From Candidatus Poribacteria bacterium (GTDB lineage: Bacteria > Poribacteria > WGA-4E > WGA-3G), in assembly GCA_965197475.1 (NCBI GenBank), contig CBDANF010000002.1:352001-416000 (forward strand): a stretch of 64,000 nt of DNA, written 5' to 3'. Below the pieces are notes generated by a model, which searched no databases, had not been told where the DNA came from, and was given only the letters and a program-made list of their open reading frames with translations. The stretch's first letter is position 1. The number at the start of each line of letters is the position of its first letter. The position numbers and the translations under genes were made by a program. Of the stretch, positions 28,718-39,236 are shown piece by piece.

Positions 28718-31393
28718 CTAAGCAGACAAGAAATTCCGAATCACGTAGTCCAGAATCCCACCGTGCTTGTAGTATTCAACTTCTACGGGGGAATCAATTC
28801 GGATTAACAATTCGGTTGTGTCTGTCTCACCGTTTACGCGAACAATCTGCATTGTTGCTGTCTGTCCATGTTGCAAATCATCAGCAAATCCTGTGATGCT
28901 GATAATCTCGCTACCGTCAAGATTGAGGGTTTGTGCATTTTCCCTATCCTTAAACTGCAATGGCAAGATTCCCATACCGATGAGATTGCTGCGGTGGATC
29001 CGTTCATAACTCTCTACGACGACAGCCTTAACACCAAGAAGTTTGGGACCCTTTGCAGCCCAATCCCGTGAACTTCCCATACCGTAATCCTGTCCGGCAA
29101 AGATAACGGTAGGCACTCCATTTTCACAGTAGTGGAGTGCCGCTTCATAGATAGTCGTCTGCGTTTCTTCTGGATACTGAAGTGTATATCCACCTTCAAC
29201 ATCAGGTGTCATCAAGTTTCGGACACGGCGATTGGCGAACGTGCCACGACTCATCACCCGGTCATTCCCGCGTCTTGCACCGTAGGTATTGAAATCTCGC
29301 GTCTCAACCCCGCGTTTCTGGAGATAACTCCCTGTTGGACTTGCCGCTGCTATTGCACCTGCCGGAGAGATATGGTCTGTAGTGACAGAATCACCGAAGA
29401 TACCAAGGATTCGCGCATCAGTAATATCTGAAATCGGCGCGGGTTCGCGTGAAAATCCTTCAAAGAAGGGTGGATGCTGGATATAGGTGCTGCTTTCATT
29501 CCACGGATAAAGCACACCTGTTGCACCAGCAAGTTCTTCCCATTCCGGTGCCTGATTGCCGATAGATTCGTACATCTCCTTAAACGTCTTTCGGTCTACA
29601 GCTGCGCCAACCATATCAGCGATTTCTTGACGTGTCGGCCAAATGTCCCGTAGATAAACAGCTTCGTCAGCATCATTATGACCGATGGGTTCTGTAGCAA
29701 GGTCAATATCGATCCGTCCTGCGAGTCCGAATGCTACGACAAGTGGCGGCGACATGAGGAAATTGGCTTTTATCTCTGGATGTACACGCGCTTCAAAATT
29801 CCTGTTTCCACTTAAGACGCTGGCGGTCACCAAATTTTCCGCATCAATTGCCTCTTGAACAACTTCATTGAGCGGTCCGCTATTACCGATGCAGGTGGTG
29901 CAGCCATACCCTACTACGTTATATCCCAACTTTTCCAAATAGGACAATAAACCTGTGTTCTGCAGATACTCCGTTACGACTCTCGAACCCGGTGCTAAAC
30001 TTGTTTTGACATAATCGGGAACACGTAAGCCTTTTTCAACCGCTTTTTGGGCAAGCAGCCCCGCACCAATCATAACAGATGGGTTGCTCGTATTTGTGCA
30101 ACTGGTAATCGCAGAGATTACAACAGTCCCATGAGTGATATCGCTATCACTTGCCACTTCCGTTACACCAAATCCATCTTCCGCTATAGGGAGGGTAAGG
30201 AGTTTATTAAAGGTCTCTTTGACATCTGACAAGGCAATTCGATCTTGTGGTCGTTTTGGACCGGCGATACTCGGTTCAATATCGTTGAGGTCAATTTCTA
30301 GTATATCGGAGTATTCAACTTCCCCAAGGCGCGGAATGCCGAATAATCCTTGTGCTTTTAGATACGTTTCCACAAAGTCAACATGTGCTTCGTCGCGTCC
30401 GGTAAGACGGAGGTAATTTATTGTCTCATCATCGGGCGGGAAAAATCCGATCGTTGCACCATATTCAGGACACATGTTAGACAGTGTCGCTCGGTCAGGT
30501 AGCGAAAGTGCCTCTACACCTTCGCCGAAGAATTCAACGAATTTACCGACAACCGCAGCTGCCCTAAGTCGTTGCGTAACGGTTAATACCAAATCTGTTG
30601 CAGTCACACCTTCTTGGAGTTTGCCTTTCATGTGAACACCGAGTACTTCAGGAGTCAAGATGTAAACTGGCTGTCCCAACATCGCCGCTTCTGCCTCAAT
30701 ACCGCCAACGCCCCAACCGACAATACCTAATCCATTAATCATGGTGGTATGCGAATCTGTGCCGACAAGAGTATCAGGATATGCAATCCCTTCTTCTGTC
30801 ATAACAACCTGTGCGAGATATTCCAGATTCACCTGATGCACAATGCCGATGGAAGGTGGGATTATATTGAATTTCTCAAACGCCTGCTGTCCCCATTTCA
30901 GAAATTCATAACGTTCTTTGTTGCGTTCGAACTCCCTGCGGGTGTTAAATTGAAAGGCGTTCTCTGTGCCGTAAGCATCAACTTGGATAGAGTGATCAAT
31001 AACCAAATCAACAGGGACGAGTGGTTCAATCATTTGGGCATCACCACCGAGTTCGGCAACAGCAGTCCGCATCGCAGCAATATCAACAACAAGCGGTACT
31101 CCTGTGAAATCTTGCGCTACCACGCGTGCGGGTTTGAACGGAATTTCCGCTGCTTTTGGGGAATTCGCATCCCAATTTGCCAAATTGATAACATCCTGTT
31201 CGATGATTTGATGTCCATCATAATTTCGTAATAGCGATTCAAGTAGAATGCGAATACTGACAGGTAAGGTTTCAATTGAACCCTTACCTGCTTCTGCTAA
31301 GGCAGGAAGTGAATAATAGGTATGTTCAAACCCTCCGCTTTCAAGGGTTCGGCGCGCATTAAATAAATTGTGAGAGGGGTGAGGCATCTGCAA
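28718..31393 (-). CDS. acnA: Aconitate hydratase A
   Basis: [51 protein letters not shown]. Confidence 0.97.
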   Translation of the reverse strand: MQMPHPSHNLFNARRTLESGGFEHTYYSLPALAEAGKGSIETLPVSIRILLESLLRNYDGHQIIEQDVINLANWDANSPKAAEIPFKPARVVAQDFTGVPLVVDIAAMRTAVAELGGDAQMIEPLVPVDLVIDHSIQVDAYGTENAFQFNTRREFERNKERYEFLKWGQQAFEKFNIIPPSIGIVHQVNLEYLAQVVMTEEGIAYPDTLVGTDSHTTMINGLGIVGWGVGGIEAEAAMLGQPVYILTPEVLGVHMKGKLQEGVTATDLVLTVTQRLRAAAVVGKFVEFFGEGVEALSLPDRATLSNMCPEYGATIGFFPPDDETINYLRLTGRDEAHVDFVETYLKAQGLFGIPRLGEVEYSDILEIDLNDIEPSIAGPKRPQDRIALSDVKETFNKLLTLPIAEDGFGVTEVASDSDITHGTVVISAITSCTNTSNPSVMIGAGLLAQKAVEKGLRVPDYVKTSLAPGSRVVTEYLQNTGLLSYLEKLGYNVVGYGCTTCIGNSGPLNEVVQEAIDAENLVTASVLSGNRNFEARVHPEIKANFLMSPPLVVAFGLAGRIDIDLATEPIGHNDADEAVYLRDIWPTRQEIADMVGAAVDRKTFKEMYESIGNQAPEWEELAGATGVLYPWNESSTYIQHPPFFEGFSREPAPISDITDARILGIFGDSVTTDHISPAGAIAAASPTGSYLQKRGVETRDFNTYGARRGNDRVMSRGTFANRRVRNLMTPDVEGGYTLQYPEETQTTIYEAALHYCENGVPTVIFAGQDYGMGSSRDWAAKGPKLLGVKAVVVESYERIHRSNLIGMGILPLQFKDRENAQTLNLDGSEIISITGFADDLQHGQTATMQIVRVNGETDTTELLIRIDSPVEVEYYKHGGILDYVIRNFLSA

Positions 31394-31468
31394 ACTCCTT
31401 TGTATAGTAGATGTTTTTAAGTTATTCTACCACAATAGACGTTGGATTTCAATTATTTTAAAGAGTAG

Positions 31469-31643
31469 GGGTGTGTAAAGTTTTTGGCAAAAGCTGTCCA
31501 TCTTTATTGTAGGGGCAGGTCCCTGTGCCCCTCCGTTGCTTGGATACACTAGGCATAGCGGGGCACAGGGACCCCGCCCTACACTAAAAAACACGAAGGA
31601 TTCTTCATAAATTGAACCTATGTGACAAAATATTTACACATCC
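31469..31643. mobile_element. MITE family C, copy 1, enclosing a REPIN-like doublet
   Basis: Ends gggtgtgtaaa / tttacacatcc; internal gtaggggcaggtccctgtgccc...gggcacagggaccccgccctac. Confidence 0.65.
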
Positions 31644-31829
31644 AAGAGGATATACTTTTCCTATGAATCCGTTTATGAGAACCCCTACATACAACGGTTA
31701 GGTCGTGAGCGGTTCTCTACCAATACATTTAGACTTATTGTACTAGTGATATAAATTATCACGTTTCTTAATGGGATTAGCAAGGAAAATCATATTTTGC
31801 AGAGAAATTCAATTTCTATCCAGTACCCT

Positions 31830-31919
31830 AATCCGTGCAATCCGTGAAAATCCATGATTCAGACAAAACCTCTACAATCCTGAAAATCTGCAAATCCTGT
31901 GAATCCTGGTTCAGACAAA
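31830..31919. repeat. Imperfect short tandem repeats (AATCC units ending TCAGACAAA), two blocks
   Basis: aatccgtgc-aatccgtgaa-aatccatgattcagacaaa and aatcctgaa-aatctgca-aatcctgtg-aatcctggttcagacaaa. Confidence 0.6.
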
Positions 31920-31936
31920 TACCACACGAAAAAAAC

Positions 31937-31965
31937 TTGACAGAGACCAATAAATCTGCTATAAT
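31937..31965 (+). promoter_or_regulatory. Consensus sigma70 promoter of ffh
   Basis: TTGACA-17 bp-TATAAT, with TG extension. Confidence 0.85.
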
Positions 31966-32002
31966 TCTATAATTGATCCCTTTTGATAAAGGATACGTAG
32001 TC

Positions 32003-33391
32003 ATGTTTGAGAGCTTGAGCGAACGATTGCAAAGCACCTTCAAAAAGATAAAAGGTCAGGGAAAATTGACAGAGAACAACATCTCTGATTCTCTGCGTGA
32101 GGTGCGCCGCGCCTTTTTAGAAGCAGACGTGAACTACAGGGTGACGCGGGATTTCATTGAAAACATCAAAGAACGTGCGCTTGGTCAGGAGGTGATGGGC
32201 AGTCTCACACCCGAGCTCCAGATTGCAAAGATTATCAAGGAAGAATTGACTACGTTGATGGGGACAGAATCTGCAAAGATGCAAATTTCCCCCAGCGGCC
32301 CAACGGTTGTGATGTTAGCGGGGTTGCAGGGTGCAGGTAAAACGACTGTCGCAGCAAAATTAGCCCTAAAATTTCGCAAAGAAGGCCGCAATCCGATGTT
32401 AGTTGCGGCTGATGTTTATCGTCCCGCAGCAATAAAACAGCTGCAGGTGTTGGGGGAGCAGATTGACACCTCCGTGTTTTCACTCGGGACAGATGTCTCG
32501 CCTGTTAAAATTGCCAAAGACTCGGTGCAAGATGCCTTGAAACGCGGCTACGATTGTGTGATTATAGATACGGCAGGTCGTTTGCACATTGATGAAACCT
32601 TGATGAAAGAACTGCTGGCTATCAAGAACGCAGTTAATCCTTCTGAAATTCTACTTGTTGTTGATGCAATGACAGGTCAGGACGCTGTGAACGTTGCTGA
32701 AAACTTCAATAACGATTTGGATATTAGCGGTGTTATCTTGACGAAAATGGATGGGGACGCACGGGGCGGTGCTGCGCTTTCTATCCGTTCTGTCACAGAC
32801 AAACCTATCAAATTCATCGGTGTTGGAGAGAAGATTGAAGCGACCGCACTTGAGGAATTTCATCCTGAACGGATGGCATCGCGTATCATCGGGCAAGGCG
32901 ATTTCCAAACCTTGATGGAAAAGGCTGAGGCTGTTTTCAATGAAGACCAAGCAAAGGAATTAGAACGGAAACTGACAGAGAGAAAGGGATTAGATTTTAA
33001 CGATTTCCTCACGCAGCTTGAACAAATTAAAAATATGGGACCCCTTGACCAATTGCTGGACCTTGTTCCATTTAAAAACCAATTGTCTGTTAAAGACTTA
33101 AAACCGGATGAAGATAATCTCAAATATGCTAAAGCGATGATACAGTCGATGACACCTGCGGAACGGCAGAACCCGCTTCTACTTGATAGAGGCAGGAAAC
33201 TTCGTATATCCAAAGGAAGCGGCACTTCGGTAAATCAGGTTAATCAATTGGTTTCCCAGCTCCGAATGATGAATAACATGCTAAACCAGCAAGGATCAAC
33301 GGCTATGCCGCAGATGGGACGAAAAATGGATGTCCTCCCTCGCACACAACGAAAGGCAAGAAAACCTCGTAAACGTAAACGACGTAAATAA
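32003..33391 (+). CDS. ffh: Signal recognition particle protein
   Basis: MFESLSERL, GLQGAGKTT, DTAGR, TKMDG, M domain. Confidence 0.97.
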   Translation: MFESLSERLQSTFKKIKGQGKLTENNISDSLREVRRAFLEADVNYRVTRDFIENIKERALGQEVMGSLTPELQIAKIIKEELTTLMGTESAKMQISPSGPTVVMLAGLQGAGKTTVAAKLALKFRKEGRNPMLVAADVYRPAAIKQLQVLGEQIDTSVFSLGTDVSPVKIAKDSVQDALKRGYDCVIIDTAGRLHIDETLMKELLAIKNAVNPSEILLVVDAMTGQDAVNVAENFNNDLDISGVILTKMDGDARGGAALSIRSVTDKPIKFIGVGEKIEATALEEFHPERMASRIIGQGDFQTLMEKAEAVFNEDQAKELERKLTERKGLDFNDFLTQLEQIKNMGPLDQLLDLVPFKNQLSVKDLKPDEDNLKYAKAMIQSMTPAERQNPLLLDRGRKLRISKGSGTSVNQVNQLVSQLRMMNNMLNQQGSTAMPQMGRKMDVLPRTQRKARKPRKRKRRK

Positions 33392-33412
33392 CACAATGAT
33401 GGGCGGCTATCT

Positions 33413-33612
33413 GTAGGCGCGCTTTGTAAGCACGCTATCGGCAGTATTTTGTAGGTTGGGTAGAACGCAGTAAAACGATAGGTTTCAATTTAGCGGTCCT
33501 TCAGCCCTGGTCGGTTTCCTAACCGAACCGATGCCACAATCAGTTTGTAGGTTGGGTAGAGCGGAGCGAAATCCAACATTTTTAGGTTAGGTAGAACGCA
33601 ATAAACCCACCA
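33413..33612. repeat. Cluster of GTAG-type REP hairpins
   Basis: gtaggcgcgctttgtaagcacgc; three imperfect copies of gtaggttgggtaga... Confidence 0.65.
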
Positions 33613-33700
33613 AATGCCTTATGTGCATTCGGCGTAAATTTGAACAATACCACGATTTATGAGTGACCCAAACTAAACGATTTATACCAGGAGGTAATTT

Positions 33701-34093
33701 TTGGCAGTTAGAATTAGATTACAACGACTCGGCAGGAAAAAACGACCCTTTTATAGACTCGTTGCAGCCGATGCACGTGCCCAGCGAGACGGTGTATTTT
33801 TAGAACGTCTCGGTCATTATGATCCCATGGCAGAACCCGCAGATGTCATTATTGACGAAGAAAAAGCTTTGAAATGGTTAAGACGTGGTGCTCAACCTAC
33901 CGATACAGCGAAGAGATTGCTGTCACAAAAAGGCATCTGGAAGAAATTTACTTTCGAAAAACTTGGAAAACCGCTACCTGAAGACGAAGAAATTGAAACA
34001 GAAGAAACGCCCGAAAATGGCGAGACTCCCCCGTCTGAAGGTGAGCAGGAAGTTCTTCTCACTGATGAAGAAGAAACATCTGAAGAAGAATAG
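33701..34093 (+). CDS. rpsP: 30S ribosomal protein S16 with acidic tail
   Basis: [20 protein letters not shown]; GAQPTDT; GGAGG RBS, TTG start. Confidence 0.97.
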   Translation: MAVRIRLQRLGRKKRPFYRLVAADARAQRDGVFLERLGHYDPMAEPADVIIDEEKALKWLRRGAQPTDTAKRLLSQKGIWKKFTFEKLGKPLPEDEEIETEETPENGETPPSEGEQEVLLTDEEETSEEE

Positions 34094-34153
34094 TCATTCA
34101 AGTCCTGCTGAATTTTTATATCTTTTATTCTCTATAACCACTGAAAGTTAGTT

Positions 34154-34405
34154 ATGTTCAAAGAACTTATTGAATACATTGTAAAAGCTCTGGTTGACTA
34201 TCCTGATGATGTGGTCGTCCGCGAAGTGACTGGCGAAAAGGTGGTTATTATTGAATTAAGTGTCACAGAAGCGGATTTAGGAAAAATTATCGGTAGATAC
34301 GGGCGAACTCTCAAAGCAATTAGAACCCTACTTTATACTGCAGGGTTGAGAGTCAACAAAAAAGTGATTCTTGAACTACTTGAGGAACCAAAAACCGAAG
34401 AATAG
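34154..34405 (+). CDS. khpA: KH-domain RNA-binding protein
   Basis: KELIEYIVKALVD, GKIIGRYGRT; conserved position after rpsP. Confidence 0.9.
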   Translation: MFKELIEYIVKALVDYPDDVVVREVTGEKVVIIELSVTEADLGKIIGRYGRTLKAIRTLLYTAGLRVNKKVILELLEEPKTEE

Positions 34406-34426
34406 CGATTACAGGCAAGTGTCAAG

Positions 34427-35164
34427 ATGAAAATGGATGTGCTCGCGCTGTTTCCAGAGATAATTGCACCTGCCTTGCAAACAGGCATTTTAAAACGTAT
34501 TCAGGACGCAGACCGACTCAGCATTAATGTGTATAATCTTCGCGATTGGGCAACAGATAGACATAAAACTGTTGATGACTACCCTTATGGTGGCGGTGCG
34601 GGGATGATTCTCAAGCCAGAGCCGCTCTTCGCAGCAGTTGCAGCATTGAATACAGAATCTGACGCGCAAATTGTCTACTTAACACCGCAAGGCACACCGT
34701 TGACGCAGCCCCTCGTTGAATCGTTGTCTTTGGAATCTCACCTCATTCTGATATGCGGGCGTTACAAAGGGATTGACGAGCGGGTTCGCGAAAAAATAGT
34801 TACGACTGAAGTTTCAATTGGTGATTACGTTCTGAGTGGTGGTGAAATCGCAGTGCTCGTGCTAATTGATGCTATCGGGCGCGTTTTGCCGGGTGCATTA
34901 GGAGATTTTGAATCGGCACATGAGGACTCTTTCAGTCAAGATTTGCTTGACCATCCGCACTACACCCGTCCGGCTGAGTATGAAGGGATGAAAGTGCCTG
35001 AAGTGCTGTTAAGTGGACATCATGAGAACATCAAAAAATGGCGGCATGCAGAAGCACTAAAACGTACAGCGCAACGTCGTCCAGATTTACTTCAAAATTT
35101 TGAACTCACCGATGAAGAATTTGCTCTTTTGCAAACATCAGAAAATAAATCGTCTTGCTGCTGA
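34427..35164 (+). CDS. trmD: tRNA (guanine37-N1)-methyltransferase
   Basis: VDDYPYGGGAGM, SIGDYVLSGGE, HYTRP, VPEVLLSGHH. Confidence 0.97.
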   Translation: MKMDVLALFPEIIAPALQTGILKRIQDADRLSINVYNLRDWATDRHKTVDDYPYGGGAGMILKPEPLFAAVAALNTESDAQIVYLTPQGTPLTQPLVESLSLESHLILICGRYKGIDERVREKIVTTEVSIGDYVLSGGEIAVLVLIDAIGRVLPGALGDFESAHEDSFSQDLLDHPHYTRPAEYEGMKVPEVLLSGHHENIKKWRHAEALKRTAQRRPDLLQNFELTDEEFALLQTSENKSSCC

Positions 35165-35179
35165 TTAGTCGTTTCGACT

Positions 35180-36769
35180 ATGAGGGAAAACTGTCAATGC
35201 CTTCGTACAAGAATTTCTGTAGAGAAAATTAGAATGAACATGCTATCAAACAAAATTATGCCCAATCTTAACGGGGAAGCAACGGTGTCCATCAAAGGTT
35301 TCATCGCACCGATTGAATACACACAATTCAATTTCCATGTAGAGTGGGAAGCATTGGCAAATCTACGCGTTGCTGAACCGGAGAAGCAGTATCCCGCATC
35401 AATTTTTCAAGCATTTCTGCCATCAGAATCCGTTTCGGTAGGAGAATGCTGGCAGATCGAAGAAGATGGTGTACTGGAATTACTGAGGCAACTTCATCGG
35501 AAACCAAGCTTGAATATAAATATCAATAACGGGGATTCTCTTGGTTTGTGGGCATGCCTGCGCGCCTACAACGATGAATTTGTTGACATTGTGTTTCGCA
35601 TTCATGCAGAATTTACCATAGAAGGAGGTAGGTTCACACCTTCCCAGTTTGCCGGGCATCTTGTCATTGACCGAATCAAAGAAAAGATCATATTCTTTGA
35701 TATGCACGTTCCTAAAGGCACGCTGAACTTTGATGTTTATTGGAATACAATGGGATCCGATCTTGGCTATTGTCCTCAAATGGAACTCTGCACAGGTACA
35801 CTGCCTAATGATGTCGAATTCACCATGTCAATTACACAGGAAGAAGCTGAACGGGCACTGATACTTTGTTTTTACAATTCAGTACAAATTAGCTGGATAT
35901 CGCTGGAGGAGGCTTTGGAAATGGCACCGGCACAACAAAAACCGATTCACGTGGTCTTATTAGACGGACCGCTTTTCGACGAATCCTGCTGAGCGAGTGG
36001 CAAAGGCCTGAGGGCAGTTGTCCTCTCTAAAGACCCAATTGTCGAATTCTTGAATGAACATTTCATCAACACATGGGTTTCCAACTCTGAGTTGGGACGT
36101 GTCCGTAGTTTACGGGAACCGATTGCCAAAAAACGCGAGCGAGAAGGCAAACCGTTTGACACAACACACCCTTTGGCACAAGCCATCATGAGGGGATGGA
36201 AGTCCGGATCCCAAAAAGGTTCGCCAGTAGATAGTTACGTTATATCGCCCGAATTTGAACTGATGGGTAAACAACAGTTTGGGGAACTCGAAATTGATAG
36301 TAAGTCTGGGAGACTCCCCGCAGAAGAATATTACCACATATTTCTCAAGGATGCCTTGGAAGGAAAACAGCCTGGATTGGGGAACATTGTTTTAACCCGT
36401 GAGCATCCGGTAGAGGAAGTATTGGACGTTTTTCGGACACCAACTATCGGTTATTTGGATTACACAGTTACCGTGATTGATGTTACGTCTTTTGAAAACG
36501 GTGGAACACTCACCATTGATATTAAAATCGGTAGGGATAGAGGTGACGGTGAGTTTTATCTATTTGACGAGGATGGCGAACTTTCCACTGATGAAGAAGA
36601 ACCGAAGGATGCGCTTGCTGGGACGTGGGGTGAACCCGATGATACATTACAGATCACACATCGTTTTGACCGAGGACAACTTTTTATGTTAGGTGCTTCC
36701 GGATATTGGGACGAAGGGGAAGTATGTGTCAACGCATTTCTGGCAAAAATTTCTGTAGAAGCAAATTAA
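35180..36769 (+). CDS. Selenoprotein N (SELENON)-like protein with Sec at UGA 35990-35992; true start may be ATG 35234, 35240 or 35258
   Basis: ORFs 35180..35992 and 36050..36769 share a frame separated by one TGA. Motifs FRIHAEF, FTPSQFAGH, DLGYCPQMEL and DESC-U-ASGKGLR...FLNEHFINTW match SELENON as recalled. Confidence 0.85.
36010..36025 (+). promoter_or_regulatory. Candidate bacterial SECIS apical hairpin
   Basis: GAGGGC-AGUU-GUCCUC; loop begins 24 nt after the UGA with G at loop position 2. Confidence 0.6.
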
Positions 36770-36811
36770 AATGAAACATTTCAGTAATTACGAAAGTAAG
36801 GAGGAAAGACA

Positions 36812-37156
36812 ATGAATTTGATAGAATCTGTAGAAAATCAATATATGAAAAGTGAAATTCCTGAGTTTAGTCCTGGAGACATTGTTAGAGTAAACTTCCG
36901 TATCCGAGAAGGTCAGAAGGAACGTATTCAGGCTTATGAAGGCACCGTGATTCGTCGTGCACATGGGGGAACGCGTGCTACTTTTACGGTCCGACGTGTC
37001 GCATTTGGCACAGGAAGTGAAAGGACATTCCCACTTCATTCACCCAATATTGAAAGTATTAAAGTGGTTAGATACGGTGCTGTTCGGCGTGCAAAGTTAT
37101 ACTACTTGAGGGACCGCGTAGGAAAATCTGCACGCGTCAAAGAACGTAGAAGATAA
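36812..37156 (+). CDS. rplS: 50S ribosomal protein L19
   Basis: [33 protein letters not shown]. Confidence 0.97.
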   Translation: MNLIESVENQYMKSEIPEFSPGDIVRVNFRIREGQKERIQAYEGTVIRRAHGGTRATFTVRRVAFGTGSERTFPLHSPNIESIKVVRYGAVRRAKLYYLRDRVGKSARVKERRR

Positions 37157-37160
37157 CAAA

Positions 37161-37754
37161 ATGGACTCTTTTGAGCGCGCTTGTAGACAGAACGGCTACA
37201 AACTAATTGCTGGCATTGACGAAGCAGGCAGAGGTGCTTTGGCAGGTCCAGTTATTGCTGCAGCTGTCATCCTGCCTATCAATTGCAAAATTGAAGGCTT
37301 AAAGGATTCAAAACAACTGACTGCAAGACAACGTTTGTTGTTGCTTGATGAAATCCATGGTGTGGCTATTTCAGTTGGTGTCGGTTCATCAGATAATCGT
37401 CTAATTGAGCGTGTCAATATCTTAGGAGCGACGCTGCTGGCTATGGCGGAAGCAGTAGAACAACTCACACCGAAACCTGGTTATCTACTTGTTGACGGTT
37501 CAAAGATGCCAAAAACGGAGATTCCGGGACAGGCAATTCCCAAAGGCGATACTCTAAGTTTGTCCATCGCTGCAGCCTCGGTTATCGCTAAAACGACGCG
37601 CGACAGACTGATGATTGAATTCGATCAGACGTATCCAAACTACGGATTTCCGCAACACAAAGGGTATCCAACGGCACAGCATCGTCAAGCAATAGCGCAG
37701 TTTGGCGCATCAGCAATTCACAGGAATACCTTCAAATTGCTTTCAGATTCATAG
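37161..37754 (+). CDS. rnhB: Ribonuclease HII
   Basis: GIDEAGRGALAGPV, DSKQL, SIAAASVIAK, HKGYPT. Confidence 0.96.
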   Translation: MDSFERACRQNGYKLIAGIDEAGRGALAGPVIAAAVILPINCKIEGLKDSKQLTARQRLLLLDEIHGVAISVGVGSSDNRLIERVNILGATLLAMAEAVEQLTPKPGYLLVDGSKMPKTEIPGQAIPKGDTLSLSIAAASVIAKTTRDRLMIEFDQTYPNYGFPQHKGYPTAQHRQAIAQFGASAIHRNTFKLLSDS

Positions 37755-37787
37755 AAGATTATTCAGCTTGTGATGGATTCAAGCTGG

Positions 37788-37810
37788 TAGGCGCGCTTTG
37801 TAAGCGCGCT
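37788..37810. repeat. GTAG-type REP hairpin
   Basis: gtaggcgcgctttgtaagcgcgc; same unit as at 33413 and inside MITE family D; coordinates approximate. Confidence 0.6.
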
Positions 37811-37873
37811 GATCGACGGTACATCTTTAATGGTCAATCTACTATAACTTTTAATGGATTCGAGGAAGTTCAA

Positions 37874-38257
37874 ATGCGCCATTCACTGCAAAACATTGCA
37901 AAACTTGGTGAAACATTCGCAGCTGAACATCTTAAAGCGCGAGGATATCAGATTCTTGCGCAAAATTACCGCTACCAACGCGGTGAAATTGACCTGATCG
38001 CCCAGCAAGAAAAAAGAATTGTATTTGTTGAAGTAAAAACGCGCCGCAGTTTAAAGTTTGGCTTACCGCAATGCGCGGTGACCGAGCAGAAGCAACGGCA
38101 AATCTCTAAAATCGCATTGGCATATCTACAAACACAAAATCTATTGGACGCGCCTTGTCGTTTTGATGTAATCGCAATCCATCTGTCACCACAGTTTGAA
38201 TTACTTCGGCTTGAGCAGATTGAGAGTGCATTCGACTTCCTTCCGGAAACTGATTAG
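37874..38257 (+). CDS. yraN: YraN/UPF0102 PD-(D/E)XK nuclease family protein
   Basis: GEIDLIA, FVEVKTR, RFDVIAI. Confidence 0.92.
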   Translation: MRHSLQNIAKLGETFAAEHLKARGYQILAQNYRYQRGEIDLIAQQEKRIVFVEVKTRRSLKFGLPQCAVTEQKQRQISKIALAYLQTQNLLDAPCRFDVIAIHLSPQFELLRLEQIESAFDFLPETD

Positions 38258-38294
38258 ACTTAGGAAAAGTTGCAGCCCACTAAGGAAATACTTC

Positions 38295-38978
38295 ATGCAA
38301 GCGATTATTCTCTGTGGTGGACTTTCAACCAGATTGGGTAAGACGACAGAAACACTTCCGAAGGTACTTCTCAAAATTGGCACCCAAACCGTTTTAGAGT
38401 GGCAGGTAACGCTGCTGTCTAACGCAGGAGTGAATGAGGTAATTCTCGCTTCAGGGCATTTGCATGACGTGCTATATACACACGTCGGTGAGAAATGTGC
38501 TGGCGCGAATATCCGATATGCAAAAGAGGATAAACCGCTCGGTACAGGTGGAGCAATTCAGAATGCGTTCCGTTTCGTTGACGATTTTCCTGTCTTTGTT
38601 TTACACGGCGACATCTTGCTGAAAAATATATCCTTAGAAGACATGCGTGCTTGTCTGCGTCCTGAAATGGACGGTTTACTACTTGGAATTTCGGTGCCTG
38701 ACCTGACATCTTACGGAGAAATTGTCGCTGATATGCAGGGGCGCATTACCGAGTTCCGTGAAAAGCAACAAGTAGCACGCCCCGGTTGCGCAAACGGTGC
38801 TGTGTTTCTATTCAACCACACCATTGTTAACGCTTTTCCACAAAAGGAAGTCTTTTCTATTGAACGAGATGTCTTTCCTTACCTATCTCAACTCTACGTC
38901 CACAAAGTAGAAACTGATTGGATAGATATTGGTGTGCCGGAACGGCTTGAATATGCCCGGCAGCACTTTGCATCATAA
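38295..38978 (+). CDS. Sugar-phosphate nucleotidyltransferase (HddC/GMPP-like)
   Basis: ILCGGLSTRL, PKVLL, EDKPLGTGGAI, WIDIG. Confidence 0.88.
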   Translation: MQAIILCGGLSTRLGKTTETLPKVLLKIGTQTVLEWQVTLLSNAGVNEVILASGHLHDVLYTHVGEKCAGANIRYAKEDKPLGTGGAIQNAFRFVDDFPVFVLHGDILLKNISLEDMRACLRPEMDGLLLGISVPDLTSYGEIVADMQGRITEFREKQQVARPGCANGAVFLFNHTIVNAFPQKEVFSIERDVFPYLSQLYVHKVETDWIDIGVPERLEYARQHFAS

Positions 38979-39054
38979 ACGTATTTTGTTGTTGTGAACA
39001 TAGTTTGAAATTCTTACTGGATGGTTCTGACCATCAAATACAAAATTTGACTTG

Positions 39055-39220
39055 TACCAAATTAACCCGATTCGTCCAGATTTTCATATCGCATCTTCGT
39101 TCTTAAGCTCCGTAGGAGCAATATGTTTATAGCAGCAGCGTATCCTCCAAGTCTTGAGCTCCGTAGGTGCGGTATATGAATAATCAAATTAACATGGGAT
39201 TATATCGATTAATTTCGCAT
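39055..39220. repeat. Degenerate MITE-D ends plus a GCTCCGTAGG-type REP pair
   Basis: taccaaattaac; agctccgtaggagcaatatgtttatag; gagctccgtaggtgcggtatatg. Confidence 0.55.
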
Positions 39221-39236
39221 TTTATTGGAGAAACTC

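Noticed and set aside
31830-31919. CRISPR array in the short repeats here or at 45046-45140
   Set aside because: Units are degenerate, there are no regular unique spacers, and no cas genes are present
33392-33700. SRP (4.5S) RNA after ffh
   Set aside because: The conserved SRP helix-8 motif was not found; the region is explained by REP repeats
35153-35167. trmD ending SSCC-TGA as a second Sec site
   Set aside because: TrmD is already complete, the next codon is TTA with no recognisable homology beyond, and no SECIS-like hairpin was seen
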